Assembly: GCA_048938855.1 (NCBI GenBank)
Contig: JBHLLT010000004.1
Location: forward strand, 1 to 64,000
Length of the DNA stretch: 64,000 nucleotides
DNA from: Promethearchaeota archaeon
GTDB taxonomy: Archaea; Asgardarchaeota; Lokiarchaeia; Sigyniarchaeales; SOKP01
Direction: 5' to 3'
Shown here one piece after another: positions 28,778 through 36,395 of this stretch. The position numbers and the translations under genes are program-made. The notes beneath the pieces were generated by a model. That model was not told where the DNA came from and did not search any database. It saw only the letters and a program-made list of their open reading frames with translations. How positions within the stretch are numbered: position 1 is the stretch's first letter; the number at the start of each line of letters is the position of its first letter.

Positions 28778-28905
28778 TTATGTAATACTGATGAGGGTTT
28801 AGATTGTATAGAAAAAGCGATATAAATGAACCAAATGATCTCAATCTTATAAGGAAAAGAAATGAATTAATAAGCCAATTCTTTAAGTTTGAAGAAATAA
28901 CATCT
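28778..28905 (+). pseudogene. Possible decayed TPR-gene remnant
   Basis: LCNTDEGLDCIEKAI* then, after a frameshift, EPNDLNLIRKRNEL; resembles the TPR consensus EEAL.C.EKAI..EPND. Confidence 0.35.
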
Positions 28906-28993
28906 TAATACTAAAATCTATTAAAAAAAAATCTCATAATATTTATCTTAAAGTATCATTTTTAGTTAAGAAAGATAATAATTTTTATGGAAT

Positions 28994-29824
28994 GTGAATA
29001 TATTGATTATCTTAGCAATTTTTGCGCATCCGGACGATTTATCATTCTATAGTGGAGCTGGAACATTAGCTAGGTGGGCAGAGGAAGGCCACACTATCAT
29101 TGCCATATGTTGTACAAGAGGAGAAGTGGGAACATTAAATCGCAATTTAACAAATGAACAGGTTGCTGAAAAAAGAATCAAAGAATTAAAAGCAGCTAAC
29201 AAAATACTTGGAATAGAAACCACAATTATTTTAGATTTTCCTGATGGAGGGTTAATTTCTGGACCGGATTTGCGAAAAACACTCGTCTTTTATGTTAGAA
29301 AATTAAAGCCGGAAAGAGTAATGACACTTGATCCATGGACTGCTTATGAAGTTCATCCTGATCATGTAATTGTGGGACGAATGGCAGCAGAAGCGACAGC
29401 TTTTTCTGCTTTTCCATTGTTATATCAGGATCAATTAAAGGAAGATATTGAGCCACATGCCTGTGCAGATTTATGGTTTATGGGTTTTTTAGGGCGTCAA
29501 CCAAACTATTACGTTGATATTTCTTCCACCCTTGAGAAGAAGATGAATGCTACTTTGAAGTTTGAAGCGTCACTCGAAATATTAGCTAAATTATTTGCAC
29601 CTGGCATGGATACTCAAAACATATCTGAAGCAGAAATTAAGAAACTTAAAAAGTATGCAGATCATCTTCTAAGATCGATGGCAGCTGTTATTGGTAAAAA
29701 AGTAGATTTAAATGCAGCTGAAGCATTTTACGTAGTCAATATTTTGCCTGGTCATTTCGATAATTTTCAGCAACAATTATCAGAAATGCTTGGAAAACCT
29801 CCTGAAAAACCAAAAATCCTATAA
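28994..29824 (+). CDS. PIG-L/LmbE family deacetylase
   Basis: AHPDD, TRGEVG, R..E...A...LG, HPDH. Confidence 0.92.
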   Translation: MNILIILAIFAHPDDLSFYSGAGTLARWAEEGHTIIAICCTRGEVGTLNRNLTNEQVAEKRIKELKAANKILGIETTIILDFPDGGLISGPDLRKTLVFYVRKLKPERVMTLDPWTAYEVHPDHVIVGRMAAEATAFSAFPLLYQDQLKEDIEPHACADLWFMGFLGRQPNYYVDISSTLEKKMNATLKFEASLEILAKLFAPGMDTQNISEAEIKKLKKYADHLLRSMAAVIGKKVDLNAAEAFYVVNILPGHFDNFQQQLSEMLGKPPEKPKIL

Positions 29825-29835
29825 TAACTAAAAAA

Positions 29836-31323
29836 CTATTTTTTTGGGTATTTTTTGTTTCTTTGTAAAAATTCTCTATATGAATTTATTTTATCTAAAA
29901 CAGTTCCAATTAATTCTAGACTCTCAAATACTGGAACATTACGATTTAAAAGTTTTAATTTAAATTTATATCGACTCTTATATTCCTCAAAACCTTCATT
30001 AATTTTTAACATAACACAATACATTGGTTTAGTACATATCCTTTTTGCTTTTGATATATATCTGATGAATTCTTTATTCAAATCCATATCTTTAAAACCC
30101 ATTTCTTCCAATATTTCTTGAAATCCTCCAAACCTTTCAGGATCCTTTATGAATACAATTGCAGAAATATCTGGGTCTTTATCTAAAGCTAAAATCGTAC
30201 GATAATAAATATTAGGTTGTATTCCCGCACTACCAAGATCAAGCGGATTAGTGAAATTTGTATTTACCTCTGGTAAGAATCTTTTCATTTTGTTAATGGT
30301 CTTTTCTGTTAAATTTGGTATTTTTAAGTTATGTTTTTCTAGAATGTCTATAGCTTCTATTGTAGAACCTCCTCCTATTCCAATTACGCCTACTTTTCGT
30401 GATTCAGGCAAGTGTGTTAAATTAAATGCTGAAGCTAAAGCTGTAAGTTCATTTGAGTTATTTACTATACAGCTTCCCGTTTGTTTACTGACAGCTTCCC
30501 AAATTGCATTATTCCCAGCAAGACCTCCAGTATGGGATAAGATAGCTTTTTTTGTTGCTTCGCCATACCCTGCTTTCCAGAGTATAACTGGTTTTCTGTT
30601 TAGATTACATTCTTTCACTCTTTCCATAAATTTTCTTCCTTGATTTATGGATCGTAAATTTTCGATGTATAATCCAATTATTTTGGTATGTTCATCATAA
30701 AGAAAGTAATCTAAAAATTCAGCAGGAGATAAATCTAATGAATTTCCAATTGATATAAATTTGGAAATATATAGTCCATATGAAACAGCTAATTGAGATA
30801 AGTTTTGAGCAATCCCGCCAGATTGAAATACGCCACCAAAATTTCCTGCTTTTTTAGATTGTTCAAAAGCAAAAAATAATCCCCCTCTTGGATTATAAAT
30901 ACCAATACAATTTGGTCCAATAATTCTTATATTATACCTTTGGGCAATCTTTAATAACTCTTTTTCTAGATTCTCATTTCCAACTTCTCGAAAGCCTGAA
31001 GCGAAAACCGTTACAAAGGGTACTTCTTTTTGACCAATTTCTTCCATTAGTTTGGCACATAGCCTTGCAGGAACCGCTAAGATTACGTAATCAATAGGTT
31101 CAGAAATCTCAAGTATTGAACTATAAATTTGATATCCATAAAGATTCTGACCACTTAAGCGGGGGTTGAATAAATAAATTGGACCTTTAAATCGATTTTT
31201 CATACATCTAAGAAAAAAGCCTCCACTTCCCGGATCACGGCTAACACCAATTATCCCAATTGATCTGGGAAAAAATAATTTATCAAAATCAATTTTTTGG
31301 GATTGTTTCATTGTTGACATCAA
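29836..31323 (-). CDS. Acyl-CoA synthetase (NDP-forming) alpha-subunit-like CoA-binding protein
   Basis: PRSIGIIGVS, ASGFRE, IIGPNCIG, QSGG, SIGN, SHTGGLAG (phospho-His), NPLDL. Confidence 0.9.
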   Translation of the reverse strand: MMSTMKQSQKIDFDKLFFPRSIGIIGVSRDPGSGGFFLRCMKNRFKGPIYLFNPRLSGQNLYGYQIYSSILEISEPIDYVILAVPARLCAKLMEEIGQKEVPFVTVFASGFREVGNENLEKELLKIAQRYNIRIIGPNCIGIYNPRGGLFFAFEQSKKAGNFGGVFQSGGIAQNLSQLAVSYGLYISKFISIGNSLDLSPAEFLDYFLYDEHTKIIGLYIENLRSINQGRKFMERVKECNLNRKPVILWKAGYGEATKKAILSHTGGLAGNNAIWEAVSKQTGSCIVNNSNELTALASAFNLTHLPESRKVGVIGIGGGSTIEAIDILEKHNLKIPNLTEKTINKMKRFLPEVNTNFTNPLDLGSAGIQPNIYYRTILALDKDPDISAIVFIKDPERFGGFQEILEEMGFKDMDLNKEFIRYISKAKRICTKPMYCVMLKINEGFEEYKSRYKFKLKLLNRNVPVFESLELIGTVLDKINSYREFLQRNKKYPKK

Positions 31324-31408
31324 AAAACCTTTTAAAAAGAGATGTATTCGTTAGATAGAGAAATAAAACTCAACTAAAATATTTTATTAAGAAAGAGAAA
31401 AGTATAAT

Positions 31409-32149
31409 CTAGTTTCGATTCAGTACTTGTTTAACTAACTCAATATCATCGGATATTATGCCATCAACTCCCATTTCTAATGCTTCTTTTATTTCTGATT
31501 TTTCATTCACAGTCCATACATTGACTAACATATCATTTTGATGGATCAATTTAACAAATTCTTTGTTAATTGCTCCAAAATATGGATGAACGGCATAAAA
31601 ATTAGAATTAATGGCTTTTTGAGAATACTTTATTAGTTGATGAGAAGATTTTAACTCAGGCGGAATCAGTAATGCTAGTTTTAAATTTGAATTTATTTTT
31701 TGGAGTTTTAATAATTCTTTAAAAATGAACGAACTAATTATTGATGTTTCTATAAGATTTTCTTGTCCTAAAAGTTCTACAAGTTCTTCAGTAAATTTAG
31801 TGGCTTTTACTTCACATTGTAGACCAATTTTCCCTTTAGTTATTTTAATCAAATCTTTTAGAGTTGGGATATTTTCTCCTTCTCCCATATTAATCAACTT
31901 TAATTCTCTTAATTCCATTTCTTTGACATATCTCTCTTGTCCATTAATATCAGTAACAAAAGCATCATGAATAACTACAATTGCACCATCCTTAGATTGA
32001 TGGACATCAAATTCGATATAATCTGCTTTTAATTCTATAGCTTTTTCAAAAGCCTTTAGGGTGTTTGGAGGTGCAACATTACTTGCTCCTCTATGTGCAA
32101 TAATTAAAATTCGATTTTCATTGTGCTCAAAAATGATAAAGTTCACCAA
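31409..32149 (-). CDS. Glycerophosphodiester phosphodiesterase
   Basis: IAHRGAS, NTLKAF, IEFDV, VVIHD, VWTVN, GVDGIISD. Confidence 0.93.
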   Translation of the reverse strand: MVNFIIFEHNENRILIIAHRGASNVAPPNTLKAFEKAIELKADYIEFDVHQSKDGAIVVIHDAFVTDINGQERYVKEMELRELKLINMGEGENIPTLKDLIKITKGKIGLQCEVKATKFTEELVELLGQENLIETSIISSFIFKELLKLQKINSNLKLALLIPPELKSSHQLIKYSQKAINSNFYAVHPYFGAINKEFVKLIHQNDMLVNVWTVNEKSEIKEALEMGVDGIISDDIELVKQVLNRN

Positions 32150-32541
32150 ATAAATTGAAGTTTAATCTATTCTAATTCTGATATTCTATTAAATAATTCT
32201 AAATCTATTAAAAATAATTAGTCAAGAGTATTAATTTATTCAATTTTTCTAATAATGCCCTTTTGATCAAATACTTAATTATCTATTTTATCAAAAATTT
32301 TATGGAACGCTTTGGTAAACTCTTTTATCTGACCATTGATCTTCTAGCTTTGTTAAAATTTTATTAACAGTAAAACTAGATGTTTATATATCCGTAATAC
32401 TGTAACAATTATTTGAGTTATACGTTAAATTTATAAAGCTATAATATTTTTAATACTGATAGGTTGTAAGATTAGTGTTAGAAATAACACTATATACCGA
32501 TAAATATAAATATTTGAAATAAAAGCACTGAGGGGAGTATC

Positions 32542-32796
32542 ATTCGGTTCTGTAGCGAATGTGGAAATATGCTCGTTCCAAAGGACGGTAAGCTTTACTG
32601 TAAAGCATGTGAAAAAGAGTTTGATTTGGATAAGTCAAAGAAAGAAGATTATACAATAGTAAAAACAATTAAACATGATGAAAAAGAGACTGCTCCTATT
32701 GTAGTTAAAGATGGCTTCCGAGGAGAGAGAATATCTGGCGAGGATCGTAAAGCATATGAAGATCTGTTCGAGATAAGCGAAGGCGATGGCTACTGA
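32542..32796 (+). CDS. RpoM/TFS-like protein: N-terminal Zn ribbon only, probable ATT start
   Basis: The frame upstream of ATG 32569 reads IRFCSECGNMLVPKDGKLYCKAC, the M.FC..CG..L.P...C..C signature. An in-frame TGA lies at 32515 with no ATG/GTG/TTG between it and the first Cys. GAGGGGAG precedes ATT 32542. Confidence 0.7.
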   Translation: MRFCSECGNMLVPKDGKLYCKACEKEFDLDKSKKEDYTIVKTIKHDEKETAPIVVKDGFRGERISGEDRKAYEDLFEISEGDGY

Positions 32797-32970
32797 GTTT
32801 AATTATTTTTACGGTATATAATTAGATTACTTATTCTTCCTTGTTTTTGTCTGTATAATTATGTGAAATTAGTGATTAATTATACTTTTAAATTATTTTA
32901 AGAGTAATTAAATTATAATTTGAAAAAAAATATCAACACATAATATACAAATTTAGAAATGTAGATTGAT

Positions 32971-33366
32971 ATGTCTGAAGAAAAGAAGGTCCGATTACAT
33001 GGTTTCGCGGGAATTGTGTCTAAGCAGGTTGAACCTTTAAACGAAAACGAAAAATTTAAACATATGTTCAAAGATTCTGAAGAGAAAGTTCTTCTAAATG
33101 CTAAAGATGGCAAGTGGGCAGCATTACTGATAATCGATAAAGGTGAAATCTATGTAGAAGGGGTTAAAAATCAACCGAAGGAAAATATAAAGAAGAAAAA
33201 TGTAGGTTGGAACGGATTATTACAAACTACCACGCCAATGTTTATGGAACTCCTAGGCAGTGAGAAAGTATCTATGGGTAAAGTCATTGGAAAAATACTA
33301 ACCGGGAAAATAAAGATTAGGGGAATTAAACATGTTTTAGTATTACTTAAATTATTTGAGCTATAA
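32971..33366 (+). CDS. SCP2 (sterol carrier)-like domain protein
   Basis: LNENEKFK..., FMELL...GKILTGKIKIRG C-terminal SCP2 pattern. Confidence 0.6.
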   Translation: MSEEKKVRLHGFAGIVSKQVEPLNENEKFKHMFKDSEEKVLLNAKDGKWAALLIIDKGEIYVEGVKNQPKENIKKKNVGWNGLLQTTTPMFMELLGSEKVSMGKVIGKILTGKIKIRGIKHVLVLLKLFEL

Positions 33367-33792
33367 ATTAAGCTCGAAAGTGTTTGCTAAAAATTTCATT
33401 CTCTCTTTTAATTTTTCCTTATTTTTTTCATCTTTTAATGAATTAAGTATTACATCTTTATCATTATCAGTTATTCGATCCTGAAATAATTCAAGATACT
33501 CTCTTAAAAATATAATCTTCTTACTAGGGTAATTTTGAATTTTTTCATAGTATCCTTCAATGATATGATCAACAGAAAGTTCCTCTTCTTTTTCTTTAGA
33601 GGTAATTTGTCCTTCACGTCCTAAAAACTCTTGGATTACTGAATTTTTACTTATAATATCTCTAGTAATTTCTTTTAACATTTCATTTCTAGGTAATATT
33701 TTAAGGTTCGAAAGATATTGCTCTATCTCGGAATTTTTATTTTCAACTTCATTAATAATCTCAAGAATTTTATCTTTATTTCCACTTTCCAT
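33361..33792 (-). CDS. Hypothetical helical protein
   Basis: 143-aa E/K-rich ORF, convergent with and overlapping the previous gene by 6 nt. Confidence 0.7.
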   Translation of the reverse strand: MESGNKDKILEIINEVENKNSEIEQYLSNLKILPRNEMLKEITRDIISKNSVIQEFLGREGQITSKEKEEELSVDHIIEGYYEKIQNYPSKKIIFLREYLELFQDRITDNDKDVILNSLKDEKNKEKLKERMKFLANTFELNL

Positions 33793-33903
33793 GTAATATT
33801 AAAGGTTAAATTGAATTATAAAATTTTATTAGAATAACTTACTTTTAGAATTGATATTAGGATTGATTTAGGTTTAAATTTAACTGAAAATAAAAATAAA
33901 TAA

Positions 33904-34632
33904 ATGAATGTAAATAATAAAGAGAAACTAAGAAAATTCCAAGATCTTATAGGATACGACTTTAAAGAAGAAGAGTTGTTAGTTCAAGCTTTAACTACAC
34001 CACAATTAGGAAATTTAATAGGAAAACCTAGTTATGATTTTTTAGAAACCTTAGGAGATGCCGTAATTAAATTAATATTTATTTTAAAATTGTATAAAAT
34101 GGATATAAAAAAGTCTGGTGAAATTACAAAAATTAAAGCAAAATTAGAAAGTGATAAAACTCTTAAACACGTTGCAAAACAGATAAAATTAGAAGATTAT
34201 ATTTTTAAAACAGAAAAACAAAAAATAAAGAATACTCGAATTTTTGCAGATATATTTGAAGCCTTATGTGGTGCTATATTTCTTGATTCAAATCAAGATT
34301 TAAATATAGTTGAAAAAAAGTTAATAGATCCTTTTTATGGGGATATTAATAAAATCATTCAGAATAGTATTATTTCTAGCAAAAATCAATTACTAGAATA
34401 TCTACAAGAAAAATTTAAAACAAATATAACTATTGCACTAGAATACGAAAAGTATGGGGTAGAGCATGATTTATTATGGATGGCTAAAAATCCACGAATC
34501 TTAGATAAAGAAAAAAAAGAATTATTAAAAATTCCAATAAAATTACAATCGAGTACGTTTAAAACAAAAAAAGAAGCGGAAAAGAGTTTATTCAAAAGCA
34601 TATTAGATTACTTAAAAAAAAGAGAAATTTAA
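33904..34632 (+). CDS. rnc: Ribonuclease III family protein with dsRBD-like C-terminus
   Basis: IGYDFK..ELLVQALT, YDFLETLGDAV (signature ERLEFLGD), ADIFEALCGAIFLD, SKNQLLEYLQ, KKEAEK. Confidence 0.85.
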   Translation: MNVNNKEKLRKFQDLIGYDFKEEELLVQALTTPQLGNLIGKPSYDFLETLGDAVIKLIFILKLYKMDIKKSGEITKIKAKLESDKTLKHVAKQIKLEDYIFKTEKQKIKNTRIFADIFEALCGAIFLDSNQDLNIVEKKLIDPFYGDINKIIQNSIISSKNQLLEYLQEKFKTNITIALEYEKYGVEHDLLWMAKNPRILDKEKKELLKIPIKLQSSTFKTKKEAEKSLFKSILDYLKKREI

Positions 34633-34703
34633 GACGTTTCGCGAAAACATAATTCTTATATATTACATTCTTAATATAATATTACAGAATTAAGGTGGAA
34701 TTA

Positions 34704-34943
34704 ATGAATCCAATGGAAAAAAAGAAATTTGCAGGTTATATTTTTATTTTGATCTCAATTGGTTTTTGCGCAGGTTCTTTAGCCTTATCATTTTTGACAA
34801 ATCGTATGTTAAGTTCTCAAATAATAGGCCCTTCTAATATACCAGATAAGATTTCTAGGTCAATACTTTTTGTTGGTTTGATAATCGCCCTAATTAATCT
34901 ATGTATCGGTCTTTTTTTCATATTAAAGTATCGCAATGCCTAA
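34704..34943 (+). CDS. Small two-TM membrane protein
   Basis: Two hydrophobic helices; ATG after AAGGTGG. Confidence 0.6.
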   Translation: MNPMEKKKFAGYIFILISIGFCAGSLALSFLTNRMLSSQIIGPSNIPDKISRSILFVGLIIALINLCIGLFFILKYRNA

Positions 34944-35171
34944 ACATTATTTAAAATTTTAAATTTTTGGTTGTTTAGTAAAAAAGAAAGAGAAGTTCTA
35001 CTTAATTAGAAGCCGAATTTTTAAAAGAATTTTAAAATTTTCATATCTGTATAAGATTAGTTATCTCAAAAAGTTTATTTGAGCAATATTATATTATAAA
35101 GTTAAAAATTGAATTAGTTAGAAAAAACAGATTTTACAGTATTCGAAAAAATAAAAAAAAGAGAAGCCAAA

Positions 35172-36350
35172 ATGTCTAAATCACCAGTTTTAGAAAAGAC
35201 ACCACTAATGGAGCAATTTGAAGAAGAAACTGGAAAGTTGGCAATTTGGAAAGGCGAACTTTCTAAAAATTTTAAGAAATGGAAAAAACAGAAAAAAGCA
35301 GAAGAAGTTAAGCAAATGAAAGAAGAACTCCTCACACAATCTCGTATTGAAAAGAAAAAAATCAAAAAGGATGTTAAGGAAGATAAAGTAACTGGTAAAG
35401 ATTATGATCATTTAATTATAGTTGAAAATCTACACAAGACATATCTTTTAGGAACAACAGCTGTTGCAGCGCTTCGGGGTGTTGATTTAACAATAGATAA
35501 TGGAGATTTCGTTGACATAATGGGTCCATCTGGCTCTGGAAAAACAACACTGCTAAACTTGATTGGGGGTTTGGATACTCCAACTCGGGGAAAAATTTAC
35601 TTAGAGGGTCGTAATATTTCAATGCTTTCAGATAATGATTTAGCTGAGATACGACGCGAGAGAATTGGCTTTGTATTTCAATTTTATAATTTACTTCCAC
35701 AAATGACTGCTATGGAAAATGTTATGGTACCTTTACATTTTTCAGGAAAGTTAAGCCGCCGAGGTAAAAGGAAAAAAGCAATGGATCTCTTAAGATTAGT
35801 TGGATTAGATGAAAGAGCTCATCATACACCTTCAGAATTAAGTGGAGGTGAACAACAAAGAGTCGCGATAGCGAGAGCTTTTGCTAATGATCCAGCTATT
35901 TGTGTTCTTGATGAACCAACCGGTGATTTAGATTCTAAAACAGGAGTTATGGTGTTAAATCTTCTAAGAGATTTAAATAAACGTGGTGCTACGTTTGTTG
36001 CAGTGAGTCATGATGCCGCAGTATCAGAATTTGCTACTCGGGTCTTTCATATGAGAGATGGAAAACTTACTCATGAAGGAAAAATTGGTGGCCTAAAGGA
36101 AACTGAAATCATGCAGCTTAAGCGAAGACAAGAGACAGAAATTAATAAAGAAAAATGTAAAAGTAAAATTTTCCAATATCTTTATTCCAACCAAGGGAAA
36201 ATAGAAATTCCAATAAGCGAGATTAAAAGTAGTATTCCAAATTCTATAGTAAAGAATTTACCAGAACACTTTAATGACATACTACAAGAATTAATTGAAG
36301 AAAATAATTTCTTTGGTAGAATTGAAGGAGATATATTAATTTTGACGTAG
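35172..36350 (+). CDS. LolD/MacB-type ABC ATP-binding protein with N-terminal extension and C-terminal winged-helix-like domain
   Basis: ALRGVDL, GPSGSGKTT, IGFVFQFYNL, LSGGEQQRVAIARA, DEPTGDLD, VSHD; extra ~75 aa at the N-terminus and ~85 aa at the C-terminus. Confidence 0.93.
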   Translation: MSKSPVLEKTPLMEQFEEETGKLAIWKGELSKNFKKWKKQKKAEEVKQMKEELLTQSRIEKKKIKKDVKEDKVTGKDYDHLIIVENLHKTYLLGTTAVAALRGVDLTIDNGDFVDIMGPSGSGKTTLLNLIGGLDTPTRGKIYLEGRNISMLSDNDLAEIRRERIGFVFQFYNLLPQMTAMENVMVPLHFSGKLSRRGKRKKAMDLLRLVGLDERAHHTPSELSGGEQQRVAIARAFANDPAICVLDEPTGDLDSKTGVMVLNLLRDLNKRGATFVAVSHDAAVSEFATRVFHMRDGKLTHEGKIGGLKETEIMQLKRRQETEINKEKCKSKIFQYLYSNQGKIEIPISEIKSSIPNSIVKNLPEHFNDILQELIEENNFFGRIEGDILILT

Positions 36351-36395
36351 AACATTCTGAAGAATTAAATTAAAATCTAAACTATTTTACACCAC

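Noticed and set aside
32235-32385. Minus-strand coding-like residue (KINGQIKEFTKAFHKIFDKIDN*VFDQKGIIRKIE*)
   Set aside because: It is interrupted by stops and has no identifiable homology.
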